Part shown: piece after piece, positions 35,591-48,539 of the stretch
Position numbering within the stretch: position 1 is the stretch's first letter
Layout of the letters: every line of letters begins with the position of its first letter
Assembly (NCBI GenBank): GCA_010909165.1
Contig: VJWM01000325.1
Coordinates: forward strand, 5,318-69,317
Reading direction: 5' to 3'
Origin: Anthoceros angustus
Taxonomy: Eukaryota > Plantae > Anthocerotophyta
DNA length: 64,000 bases
Notes under the pieces: model-generated
The model's database searches: none
The model's input: the letters and a program-made list of their open reading frames with translations, nothing else
What the model was told of the DNA's origin: nothing
Made by a program: the position numbers and the translations under genes

Positions 35591-36199
35591 CACGCACCTT
35601 GGCACCTTCATTGTGCACTTTGGACACGAATTCAAATCTCAAGCACAATGATTGCTGGCACGCATGTGCTCAAGAGACGTGTTTGGAGTGAATTAGTAAT
35701 CGTATGAAAAGTACCTGTATAATTTTTCCATAACCGGCGTACATTATTCCGCCGGTATGAATATTATCGTGTTAAGAATATCTGCAGGGTTCTGGCTGGT
35801 GTGAACCTTGACAAGTTGGACCCTCAACAGAGTCCGCGCAATATCGGCGGATTCTTGAAAGCCTCTTTTGCGCTTTGGGCGGAGGTTGCCACCCCTTTCT
35901 CATATCATGCAAAACACGTGTTTTAAAGAGATGTGCTTAATGGCGAGTTCCACTTAGAACAATGTAAGTAAAATCGAGGTTTTTCCATGTATGCACACTT
36001 TTGTTTGATGCGTCGTGCACCCTTCCGAGACTTACTGGGAAAGGCGAGTGCGGCACTATGGGTCCAAAACACGTAATATGCATTCAAATCAAAGTCGGGC
36101 ATTTTCCACGAAGGGTCAAAACGGAATTATACGGTCAGCGGACGAGCCCCTCATCTACAAGTCCACAGCTACCCAAAGGGTCATCTACTTCAACCAAAT

Positions 36200-39100
36200 T
36201 GAGCTCCGAATCGCACCGTTTCTACATTTTCCAAATCCACCTTTCCGTGTCACCAAAGTCATCACGCCTTCAACGAAAGCAGAGCCTCTGTTATGCCTGG
36301 TAGTGTGCCGTTTTCATCCCATATTGTCAATGCCGGTTGGTCTTCAACCGGCCGGTCGTCACAGTGCGGAGTCCTTCATTCGACCCTTCTTTCCAAGCAA
36401 GCTATACACTTGCATTTTCACATCAATGCCTCCGTCGCATGCATCTCCTTTGCCCAAAACTTGCCAAGGCCCCGCGAAAACTTATCTTTTGTTATTTCTT
36501 CGAACTCGTCCAGCAGCCGCTTCAACCCGTTCACTCTTTGCGACATATACATTGAGCATCGTGCGTCTTTGTCAATGGCCACAACGTTCCTTTTCCGCTG
36601 AATACCTACCACCAAAAATGACCCTGATCCTGCACATGCGTCAACAATCCAGTCGTCTTCGTTGGAGAACATGTTCACCAACATGCCTAATAAGCCCACG
36701 GGTTTACGATGTAGCGTCGACCATCTTATCACCGATGTGGTAAATCGACTTCTTCACCACGGTCCATGTCGGATAACTCTTGGCACTTTGATGTCTTTGC
36801 GGAAAAGAGGAGCTTTTCCGACATTGGACTCTGTCCTCACTGCGCTTCCCTCAAATATTCCACTTTTGTTTCCACGGCTGATTAGGTGGGATGTTGGTTT
36901 TCTCCCATACCGAGTTTGTATGACTCCTTTCACCGCACCAAGACCTCAAAGCCTCCACGGCTTGAATCACCCCATCCACCCCATGCATAAGAATTATCCT
37001 AACACATCGTGGTCTTCTCGTTGAAAGAGCGATGATCTCTTTCAATTCTTCTTCAACGAAAGCCTTGTCATTCTCATGCCCGTAAACCTCGAGGAGGTCG
37101 CAGAAAAGAAGAGTATACCTCCTCGGCAAAAATCCTTTCATATCCAAAATGTCTCGATGCACCACCGATATGCCACTTTTGTCCAAGACCTGCACTCAAA
37201 CCGCCACATCCATGTCCTTGTCGGCCATTTGTTTTCGCTCTTCTTCCATCCGTTTCGATTCGCGCTATAAACAAAATCTTGGAAAGGTTTTGGCGCTTTC
37301 CAAATCCACGCCTTTCCGTGTCACCAAAGTCATCACCTTCAACTGCAAAGCGAAGCGTGAGCCTCTGTTGCGGTGGTAGTGTGCCGTTTTCATCCCATAT
37401 TGTCAATGCCGGTTGGTCTTCAACGGCGGTCGTCACAGGTCTGCGGAGTCCTTCATTCGACCCTTCTTTCCAAGCAAGCTATACACTTGCATTTTCTGTC
37501 AATGCCTCCGTGCACACGGATCTCCTTTGCCCAAAACTTGCGGGCCCATGGCTTATCTGTTGTTATTTCTTGAACTCGTCCGGCCGCTCCAACCCGTTCA
37601 CTCGTTGTGACATATACATTGAGCATCGTGCGTCTTTGTCAATGGCCACAACGTTCCTTTTCCGTTGAATCCGGCCACCAAAATGATCCCGATCACGCGC
37701 GTCAACAATCCGATCGTCTTCGTTGGAGAACATGTTCACCAACATGCCTAATAAGCCCACGGGTTTACGATATGGCGTCGACCATCTTATCACCGATGTG
37801 GTAAATCGCTTCTTCACCACGGTCCATGTCGGATAACTCTTGGCACTGTTTGATGTCTTTGCGGAAAAGAGGAGCTTTTCCGACATTGGACTCTGTCCTC
37901 ACTGCGCTTCCCTCAAATATTCCACTTTCACACCACTTGGGATGTTGGTTTTCTACCATGACTCCTTTTCCGCACCAAGACCTCAAAGCCTCCACGGCTT
38001 GAATCACCCCATCCACCCCATGCATAAGAATTATCACATCTCGTGGTCTTCTCGTTGAAAGAGCGATGATCTCTTTCAATTCTTCTTCAACGAAAGCCTT
38101 GTCATTCTCATGCATGTAAACCTCGAGGAGGTCGCAGAAAAGAAGAGTATACCTCCTCGGTGGCAAAAATCCTTTCATATCCAAAATGTCTCGATGCACC
38201 ACGATATGCCACTTTGTCCAAGACCCACTCTGGCTGCCAGCATCCATGTCCTTGTCGGCCATTTGTTTTCGCTCTTCTTCCATCCGTTTCGATTCGCGCG
38301 CTATAAACAAAATCTTGGAAAGGTTTTGGCGAGCTTTCAAATCCTCAATGTCTCCCGGTTTACGCAAGCAGCGGTGGTCGAAACAACTCATTGACAGAGT
38401 GGAGGCGCGGTCACCGCGCACTGGTGCGCGCGCCCACGACCCGCTGGAGGTCGGCGCACTCCGCGCGCGCCGGCACCATGCCCCGAGGCGGCCGGGCCGC
38501 ACGCTGAGCCGGCCGACCGGGCGACTTCGCCTACCACGGAAACAACAAGAGTGCGCGGCCACCGGCGATTGCAAGCGCCACCGACCGCGACTCAACGAAT
38601 ACACTCACTTACCACTTTCGCAAAAGTCGTTGAAACTTCGCCAATTCCTTGGCCCTTGTGATGTTTAAACTGCTTACCAAGGTGGCACACTTCATAGCCT
38701 TCGAAGGCATGCTCGATAAGGTTAATCTTCTTCCTGCCAACATCGTATCCATATCTTTTAGCTGCGTTCCTTGGATGACCTTCGGTCACGCTATCAACAT
38801 CTCTCACCTTCTCGTCCTTCGGGACTCCTTGGAATGCTCTCCATGCCCTTCCGAGCATTGGAGCCGGACGAGGGGGGGGGTCAGTTAAGGACTGGCTGCC
38901 TGTTGTAGTTGGGTCTTGTGGCTTCGCGCGCCGCCTGCTGCCCCGACAGGCTGCTCGCCCGCCTGAGTTCGTGCACTTCTCCCACATTTGGAAAATCGTG
39001 TCCACGTTTTCCCATAATTTACCCCCTTGCACCTCGCAATCCTCAACGGCAGAGTCTTCCTCCACCATCTTCTCATACATAATCGTGTCCTTGAGTTTCC

Positions 39101-40200
39101 AGCCTCCAAAGATCCCCAAAGAACTTGTACACATTGAACTTCCACCGCATGGTTTTCCATCGGTGTGTCCGGTGCCAAATCTCAAGCTCATCATGTATGT
39201 AGCGACTTGTTCAATAAAACCAAGCTTCTTCCTCTTGTCGCATACACATTGTGATCCACACCGCATTTCTTCCTCTCAAGCTCATATACATGGCCTCGAG
39301 CCATTGAAATTTATCTTCCGCGGATACATTTCGCATGGTCTGCATGGCGGCATAGCAATGGTTCCCTCCCAGCACCCCTAGGGTGTAATGCTGGGCTCTG
39401 ATCTCCTCCGGGTCTGCATCTTCCTTTTTCAAGCACTGTGCTGGATCAATCATGCACAAAAGTGGGAGCGTCCCTTCCTTCACAGGACCTGTCTGCATCT
39501 GTCGAACAAGGCACTTCATCCATGCCTCATCCACCTTCCTTATCTGAGCATCTGCCGTTAGAAATGAAGCAGGACGTAGTACCGAAATGTGAATGTCGAA
39601 TGTTGTGGTTTGCACCCGCTTCTTGTAGGCCCGACGAACCATCTCCGAGATAGTCATCCTCCTGCGAAGGAGCTCCATGCTCGCATCCGTGGTCGCCCGC
39701 AACGGCTTCCTCTGCATGCTTCCTCGACTTCCTTAATTTTTCCGCCTCGCCCACCTCTTCTCCATCACCACCGAGATCTTGCCTTCCTCTTCGCTTGATT
39801 GGTGTGCTCGCATGGAAATCAAAACAAGATGCTTCAATTCTTACATGCGTTCATGGAGGCGACGGGCGTTAGGAGCATTCTTACCAGCCATTCGCCTTCT
39901 CATCTTCACCGGAGACTGACAGGATTCCCTTCTTCTTCTTTCTGCGGCCGCTGCCACGGGTCCTTCGGACGAGGAGGGTCACCTCCTCCTCAAAAGCCTC
40001 GATTCAAGACCCCGAGGCTGGACATGTTGCGAGCCATGGACAGCCTCGCCTGTGCTCGCCTCCGGATCGGACCGAGGCGAGGCGCTCCTCCTCTTCCGGA
40101 GAGCTCGGCTCGGCACCGGAACCTCGTCCTCCTCCATCTCCGGTTGCATAATCCGGGCATCGTTCGACACAACCCACGCCCGCCTGAGCGCGCGCGTGCG
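36200..40200 (-). pseudogene. Cargo B: ParB/Srx-like + beta-class DNA methyltransferase (MTase exon duplicated, 36200-37270 and 37270-38400)
   Basis: IHISVLRPASFLTADAQIRKVDEAWMKCL...LPLLCMIDP...VLGGNHCYAAMQ (ORF 39211-39717). YTLLFCD(L)PRG; RKPVGLLGMLVNMFSNEDDWIVDACAGSGSFL...RNVVAIDKD (ORF 36418-36732). Confidence 0.8.
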
Positions 40201-40397
40201 TCGACCGCCCGCCGCCGATCACCGCGTCGATCACTACACTGTTCTTGACCCTTCAACGTGAGGAGTAGAACGCAAAATTGTTCTCCCCTGCTCATTTTAA
40301 AGAGGAAAACAATGAGTATACCGATGCGAAACCCTAGCGAAAATGGGAAGTGATACATGACATATACAACCGACTTACATCTTGAACACTTTTGGAA

Positions 40398-40873
40398 TCA
40401 CGCAAGGCCGATTTCAACTGGGCGCTCACAACGAGGCATTATCTTGGCAGCATCCATTATCAGCAGGAGATGTGTGTTGATGTCATCGTTTATGTGCAAA
40501 TGAGGTTTCTTGGTGACCAAAAACTGTATGTGCATATCTTCGCCCATTCCGTCAACTGTTGCACATAGAATCCATCCAGCTCTTGCCTGGGAATCCCCCT
40601 CAATACCATTGTAACCGTTAATCCATAAGGCCAATAGTGGAATCCAAGGCAGCCCTGGATCTTCGGGTTCTTCTTCTGCAACAACGCTCCACTCTTTGTT
40701 ATGTTGTACCGCGGAAGAGAATCCGGAGCTTTTTCACGGCTGCTCCACAAAGTTAAAAGCATGAGGAATCGCGATGTGCATTTCCACCGAGGTTGGTGCT
40801 CCTCACCGGCCATCAATGTCTTCATATCCTCTCCGTTGAGTACCCTTTGAGGTGGACGTCCGGACACTACCAT
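40398..40873 (-). CDS. ORF-X of element B (unknown)
   Basis: Short motif similarity and synteny with 27100-27850. Confidence 0.45.
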
Positions 40874-43049
40874 GAGAGGATTCTCTCAATTGCATAATAG
40901 CGGGTGGGGTTCTGTTACCACATTCGCGATCCGCATCCCCTCATCCGTGCGCCCTTGCGGCGATCCTCGCTCTGCACCGCCATCGCATTTTTCCGCCGCT
41001 TCACGCGTGGCGCCCAACGCATCGATCTGCATGCTTATTGCTCCGTGGCGTCCTCGCGATCACCATCCCGCAATCTTCAAAACCTGCGGGAAGTTGGCGG
41101 GAGGAAGTAAGAGAATTGATCCGGACTCTCGAACTCTTGATGAAAAGGAGAGGCTCGAGCTTACGTGGAAATGAAATATGGATGTTGAAGCGCATCAAGC
41201 GGGATTACGATAAAGCCTTAACACTAGTTACGCTAAAGGCTCAAGTAGTAGCAACGTAGGTTCACGAACACGGTCATCATTCATTTTAACCTCAAATGCC
41301 TAAAATAGGCCCATTACAAATTCGATGCATCCACCTCATCTTATGCCATCATTTTCTAAGGATGTGCACTCTCATTCAAGGTCCATCGAATACGCCATCA
41401 CCCATCAGAACCGCAATTATAAATCATCCAACACCACGTACCACCTTATGTCACATGTCTATAATTGTGGGTGTGACTTTGATCTTGATTCAAAGTGCGT
41501 TCTTCCTCGCATGCAGTAGCTCTTGAAAATTTGCCGATGTTGAAGCGGTGGAAGGAGTTCTTGAAGTCAAAGGACTTGGATGCTATCGGTAACGCGATTC
41601 CTCCCGATATGCAACACTGAGAGGCATGCGTGGCGGCGCCTCCAGCGGGGGTCGATCTGCATGCTTATTGCTCCGTGGCGTCCTCGCGATCACCATCCGC
41701 AATCTTCAAAACCTGCGGGAAGTTGGCGGGAGGAAGTAAGAGAATTGATCCGGACTCTCGAACTCTTGATGAAAAGGAGGCTCGAGCTTACGTGGAAATG
41801 AAATATGGATGTTGAAGCGCATCAACGGGATTACGATAAAGCCTTAACACACTAGTTACGCTACTCAAGTAGTAGCAGTAGGTTCACGAACACGGTCATC
41901 ATTCATTTAACCTCAAATGCCTAAAATAGGCCCATTACAAATTCGATGCATCCACCTCATCTTATGCCATCATTTTCTAAGAAGTGCACTCTCATTCAAG
42001 GTCCATCGATTTAATGAATTCGCCCGTCCATCATCGACCGCTTATAAATCATCCAACACCACGGTACCACCTTATGTCACATGTCTATAATTGTGGGTGT
42101 GACTTTGATCTTGATTCAAAGTGCGTTCTTCCCTCGCATGCAGGTAGCTCTTGAAAATTTGCCGATGTTGAAGCGGTGGAAGGAGTTCTTGAAGTCAAAG
42201 GACTTGGATGCTATCGGTCGGCGAGCGAGATTCCTCGATATGCAACACTACTGCGCGTCGGTCGAGGCATCAAAGGAAGCGCAAGCACTATTTGCATATT
42301 GACATTCCATCCACCGAGATGTGTATCATTTGAACTACGGTCGAGGCATCAACGTTGAAATGCCTATCGGCTCAAGGTATTCAAGATGAAGAGGAGAACT
42401 AGATGAAGGTACGTGCAAACTCGCGGAAATCGATTGCATTCCAAAGGCTCTTGTGAACATGATTCCGGATGTGTTATCAGACTGCGGTGCACGGCCTCCA
42501 CCACTTCGCACGCGATAAGCGCATCCATTCCAAAGACACCGCCTGTTCAAGATGAAGAGGAGAACTAGATGAAGGTCGTCGTGCAAACTCGTGCGAAATC
42601 GATTGCATTCAAAGGCTCTTGAACATGATTCCGGATGTGTGTTATTCGTCTGCGGTGCACGGCCTCCACCACTTCCACGCGATAAGCGCATCCATTCCAA
42701 GACACCGCCCGTTTCGGTATGTTGGATTCCATTCACGGAAGTCCTTCTCCGCCAGAGCTCGCCGTACATCCCGACCATCCGCAAGACTACTCCTCCGGAA
42801 GTGCTCCACGACGACACACCCGGATATGGCGCTTCCGTTGGGGTGAATGCCAACTCGGTTTGCAGACCGGTTGTATCTAGAAGATACTGTTTCCACTGCG
42901 TGGCCCACGTTCGGTGGAACTGTGGAGGAAGAGGACTCGGATGATGTGCATTTGAACATCCACCTCCAAAAGGCGTACATACAATTTGAAGCCGGGTCCG
43001 AATCATTTATCGAGCATGGCGACCACCACGTAGACGCCGGCAATCTAAA

Positions 43050-45700
43050 GTGCCCGAGATGAAATGTGAAGAGGTTCAGATTACCCGTGATTTTAAAACT
43101 TGTGGTAGACAATGCTTGAGGACAATAGGGAAGGCAACCTTTCGAGATTTGAGGTATCGGTTCCTTAGAATGTGCGGGGAGGGGAGATGCACCTACAATC
43201 CCTTTTGATGTCGATTATGAGAGCGATGGAAGGGTTAGGGTAGACTGCTTTCTTGTCGGACGAGGAAAAGTGTATTGTTGTAGAGGCCTTGACGCTTTAT
43301 TGTATCGGGTCTAGCGTGAAGAAGCGAGCCGGAAACATGTGGTCCTTCTTCATGACGGCAATCTCAAGATGTCGTAGCCGTGGATGAACCAACTGTTTAT
43401 GCTTATTGCCGAGAGAATGCCAAACATTGAAGTGTATCACCTTCCTGACTCTTACTCAAAAGGCGAGGTGTTTCAAGAATACAAGCAACATATGCAGCGC
43501 GCTCAGCAGTACAGTGTTTCTCATTCCTACTTTTGTCAGCTTTGGGCTACGCACTTCCACAAGGTGAAAATTCCGAAGAGCAATCGGTTTGCCTTGTGCA
43601 CAACCTGCGATTACCTCAAACGAAATATAAAGAGCGAGAAAAACAGAGAAAAACAAGGTGAGGCTTGATGTGAAATTGTGTTTTGGCAATGCAGTGGGGG
43701 GATGGTGCGCCGGCCACCGGCCCGGCGCGCGCCACCGGCGCCGACGGTCGGCACCGGCATAACAGCACGGCCGACCGGAGGCGAGTTTGTGAAGCGCGCC
43801 GTCACCGGGCGACTCGGTATTTATGCTTATTGCTCCTTCCGGGCGCTTTATTCCTCAACGTTGTTTGGGTGATTATTTTGCGAAGCATTTGAAGTCGATC
43901 CGAGGCGCCCATCAAGTCCGAGAGAGAAAATGCATCAAGCACGTGAAATGTTATGGAGACCGGCAAAGTATATCGGGATATCCATCGACGGATGGACCAA
44001 CAAGACACGCTTCCACATTTCACGCGTTTACCCAAGGACCCGATGTAGGTTTGATCGACGTCCATGTTGTGGGGTGCATGATTTATAACTACACCATGTC
44101 GGCGAACTCTTCATGGCATACGGAACATCCGAACGATGCAAACTCGACTATAGCCAATATCCGATGTCATTTCAAATTACGAGGACTACTACCAAAGGTT
44201 CTTTATCTTCAACTCGACAATCGCACGGGAGAATAAGAATGCACCGCTATTCGCTTACCGAATATGTTGGTAGAGCTTAAGGTTTTGAGAAGGTAAAGTA
44301 GGATTCCTCGTTGGGCACACTCATGACCAGTTGATGTTTTCGAGGTTTTCAACGTGCACGGAAGGAAGCTTTACGTTGCCCAAACCGACCGGTATTTTGG
44401 AGAATGCATATACGCCCAAACCAAAATTATGGAGGTGAAAGAAGTTCCGGACTTCAAAGTTTGTGTGGCCAATACCTTATGGTAAGGCTGGCTATAAACA
44501 GTTGTCTGATGAAAGCTTGCACAATATATCTTTTCAAAGATCGTTCAAAATAACCCGAGAAACGCGAGGTGAGCGGACTTATTCGTGATGAGGGGCAAAC
44601 AATATTCCACGATGAATCTGGTCACCGGACGAGGGTTTGGAGTTTTGAATAATGTCCCATCTACTCCTATTCAAGCCGCTCGCTTTGGTTCATTTGGAGG
44701 TCCGGCAAAAAAAGCGAGGTGAGCGGACTTATTCGTGATGAGGGGCAAACAATATTCCAGTGAATCTGAATTGGTCACCGGACGAGGGTTTGGAGTTTTG
44801 AATAATGTCCCATCTACTCCTATTCAAGCTCGTTTGGTTCATTTGGAGGTCCAAGTAAAAAGCGGTTGCGAGGAGAGATCCCGAAGAAGTCTTGCAAAGA
44901 ATGCGTGGGAAACTAGAGGAAACTAGACCCATTTGGGCGGTGAGGATATTTGGTGGGAGGAATGCTGAGCAATCACCATCGTGGACAAGATAGCATGTGA
45001 GCATGAGGAATTGAAGACCCTTGGCAATGGTGATAGAACACATAATGAAGAGTTGCATCGCCTGGTTGTACCGAGGTGAGATTTTACAGCATCCAATCTC
45101 GGCAAGTGCCCGGGGACATGTATGTTGGAGCGCATCGATGATGATGCGCAAGGCGGAACAAGAAAGCTTGAACGGCGATGTGTTGGAGATACAAACAGTC
45201 ACATGATTGCGGTGCCTTGTGAGATGACGACAATCGACCATTCGGCTCGCAAAAGTTCTGGTGGACTTCCAATGTGACGCCCATTCATTAAAGTCCATTG
45301 GTGGGTGACTAAATGCACCGACGCATTTGAAGGCGGTACCTAGAGGAGATGATTTTACGATCGCCACCAACGCTGCGTGGGGTCGCTCTCAACGACGGAG
45401 CATGAGGTTGCAAAACACGACAAATTGCTTCTTCGACACATTCATCTTGGCATACGGGTTTTCTCTAACAAAATGTATAACTAAATGCAAGGACCAACCA
45501 TAATACGGAAAAACATGTACGTTTTGCGCTGTGTGTGGAGGAAGCTCGGAACATATGGAAGGAAGGGACCTGATGATGGCGTAAGATGTTGCATCCGGCG
45601 AGGACATTGAAACACTTGATGAACATGGTTCATGGAGTTGATTAGTTAGTTTTCGATTGACCATGGACTCCTACTAGTGCCGGACTGGGGAAGGTGCCGT
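43050..45700 (+). pseudogene. Transposase B (Sola/DUF7869-like), frameshifted as assembled
   Basis: LRYRFLRM; AERMPNIEVYHLPDSYSK...KVKIPKSNRFALCTTCDYLK; ISIDG.DQ..T.LPHF (~43980); VHVVGCMIYN; LPKVLYLQLDN (~44200); VGHTHD (~44310). Collinear with transposase A. 5' exons probably extend to ~41-42.8 kb. Confidence 0.8.
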
Positions 45701-46227
45701 GACCGCGCACTTCCGTGAGTGGATAGGTTGTGTTCCCCATGGACATAAACGGCTTAACCAAGTAGTATGGGCACACAAAATGACGTACAACATGTAATTT
45801 GCGATTATGTTCCAAATCGCCAAAACCGTGTCTCTATTCGATGGACCTTATTTTTTAGGACAACACATGATAAGACCGGCTACGACAAATGTTCAAACGC
45901 ATCCACCGGGTCCCCACACTTTTCTCAAGTTTTGGAGGAATGAATTCAAAGACAATAATTTTTGGCCACGTTCTTTTCGGTCTGTCGAAAAGTGGATGCC
46001 AAATTTCTTCAAAACCCGCAATAACGTATATGGTTTTCGGGACATGCTTTTTGGATATGATGATGGGAAAGCCATCGCTTTTGCCCAAAGAGCCCATTTC
46101 AACGGAATCCGATATTGCGCAGACTGCTCCTCTTGTCATCCAACACCTCTCGAATGAAGTGATACTTCACATCCATATGTTTAGTCTTCGAAACATCGGA
46201 TTCTTGCCAATTGGATAGCACTCGCTA

Positions 46228-47360
46228 TCACAATGCAACACCCAGCTCAACCTTGATCCCCAAGTCTCCCACTAAACGAGCAAGCCATATGGCTTCCTTG
46301 CAAGCCTCGCCACGCAACATACTCGGCGGTAGATAGCGAATGCACGATCGCAAACGAGATCGCCATGAGATCGCCTCCAAAGCACGTGAAGACATAACTG
46401 ATGTGGACCTCCTTTTGTCCATATCCTCGTGATAATCGAGATCTGTGGTACCCAACCACACATCTTCACTACCAAAACATATGCACAAAGCTTTTGTACC
46501 ATTCGGATACCTCATAACTCCTTTTATCGCCTCCCAATGCTTCTTGTGGTTTGACATAAACGCTAACCACTCCCACCGCAAAGGCAATGTCGACGTAGCA
46601 ATCATTGCATACATCAAACTCCCTGATGAGTATGGGACCTTCTCCATTCATTTTGTCCTCCTCGTAGCTTGGCAATCCGCTTGAAGTTTCACATATGGAG
46701 GCAATGGAGTACCCAATGGCTTCCCTTCTCCATGTTGAAACGTTGAAGCACTGTTAATGTATTCCGTCTGAGACAAATAAAGCACGCTTATGTCTGCTCC
46801 GAAATACGCATGCCAAGTATATGGCTCGCCTCCCAAGTCTTATTTCAAAGTGAGCATTCAACTTTGACTTCAACAAATCTCATCAAGTTGTTCCCAAAGA
46901 ATTAGCATATCATCCACATAGAGGATCAAAATGAGCAAGCTTTGATCCTTAGCTTGCTCAGATAGAGGCAATGATCCTCATCGCTACGCTTGTAGCCTTG
47001 AGAAAGCATAAATGAGTGGAACTTGTGATACCACTGGTGCCTGCTTCAAAACCATAAAGGCTCTTCCTCAACCTCGCACACCGATGCTCTTTGCCCTTCT
47101 CAACAAAACCTTCCGGTGCATGTAGACTTCCTCTTGAAGGTCACCATGCAAGAATGCCGCCTTGACATCCATCCGCATAAGTTCCATATCATTCTCGCAA
47201 CCAAAGCAAGAACACATCGCAAAAGTTGTCATTTTGACTACCGGTGAGAAAATCTCATCAAAGTCAATGCCCGTTGTTGCTTGAAACCCTTAGCAACCAA
47301 TCGTGCCTTGTACTTTGGTTTGCCATCGGTATGACCTTCATCTTGTACACCCATTTGCGG
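46228..47360 (-). mobile_element. Ty1/copia pol fragment (RT-RNase H), degenerate
   Basis: KYKARLVAKGF, MDVKAAFLHGDL, LILYVDDML, MEKVPYSSGSLMYAM, DMDKRRSTS, AEYVA..EACKEAIWL. Confidence 0.92.
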
Positions 47361-47399
47361 TAGTGCCTTCTTATCCTAGGCAACCAACCAACTCCCAAG

Positions 47400-48530
47400 T
47401 TTTGGTTCATTTGGAGGTCCAGTAAAAAGCGGTTGCGGAGGAGAGATCCGAAGAAGTCTTTGCAATGCGTGGGAAACTAGAGGAAAACTCGGGACCCATT
47501 TGGGCGCGGTGAGGATATTTGGTGGGAGGAATTCAGGTGAGCAATCACCATCGTGGACAAGATAGCATGTGAGCATCTTGAGGAATTGAAGACCCCTTGG
47601 CAATGGTACGATAGAACACATAATGAAGAGTTGCATCGCCTTTGGTTGTATAGTGAGATTTTACAGCATCAATCGTTCGCAAGTGCCCGGAGACATGTAT
47701 GTTGGAGCGTCACAGCGGGATGATGCGGCGGGAACAAGAAAGCTTGCGATGTGTTGGAGATACAAAGCAGTCACATGATTGCGGTGCCTGTGATGATCGA
47801 CAATCGACCATTACGGCTCGCAAAAGTTCTGGTGGACTTCCAATGTCGCCCCATTCATTAAAGTCCATTGGTGGGTGACTAAATGCAGCGCATTTGAAGG
47901 CGGTACCTAGAGGAGATGATTTTACGATCGACCCGCTGGGTGGGGTCGCTCTCAGCCGGAGCATGAGGTTGCGGGCACGTCGACAAATTGCTTCTTTTCG
48001 GACACATTCATCTTGGCATACGGGTTTTCTCTAACAAAAGCGAAGCAACTAAATGCAAGGACGAACCATAATACGGAAAAACATATGCGTTTTGCGCTGC
48101 ATGCGGAGGAAGCTCGGAACATATGGAAGGAAGGGACGCTGCGGATGATGGCGTTGCGAAGATGTTGCATCGGGCGAGGACATTGAAACACTTGATGAAC
48201 ATGGTTCATGGAGTTGATTAGTTAGTTTTCGATTGACCATGGACTCCTACTAGTCTTTGGATGGGAAGGTATCGCGGTGGGCGCACTTCTCAGTGGATAG
48301 GTTGTGTGTTCCCCATGGACATAAGCTTAACCAAGTGCAGTATGGGCACACAAAATGACGGTACAACACAATTTGCGATTATGTTCCAAATCAAACCGTG
48401 TCTCTATTCGATGGACCTTATTTTTTAGGACAACACATGATAAGACCGGCACGACAAATGTTCAAACGCATCCACGATTCGGTCCCCACACTTTTCCAAG
48501 TTTTGGAGGAATGAATTCAAAGACAATAAT
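47400..48530 (+). repeat. Duplicate of the transposase B 3' end and flank (~44830-45960)
   Basis: Near-identical sequence with indels. Confidence 0.88.
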
Positions 48531-48539
48531 TCTCTTTTG

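Larger units (their letters stand above)
20520..35700. mobile_element. Element A: Sola/DUF7869-like DNA transposon with ParB-methyltransferase cargo; ends not defined
   Basis: Transposase on minus, cargo on plus, divergent. Internal near-identical duplications. TIR/TSD not identified. Confidence 0.7.
36200..46220. mobile_element. Element B: diverged relative of element A in mirror orientation; ends not defined
   Basis: ParB-MTase on minus (36200-40200), ORF-X (40400-40870), transposase on plus (~43050-45700). Confidence 0.7.

Noticed and set aside
35690-36200. Minus-strand VKVHTSQNPADIL resembling a copia RNase H C-terminus; also searched for TIRs separating elements A and B
   Set aside because: Single short motif without supporting context. 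No convincing TIR/TSD found by eye.
38400-38590. Very GC-rich patches (also 43700-43810, 50950-51340) resembling bacterial inserts
   Set aside because: No coherent ORF or codon structure. They sit at intron positions or duplicate joins and look like low-quality consensus.
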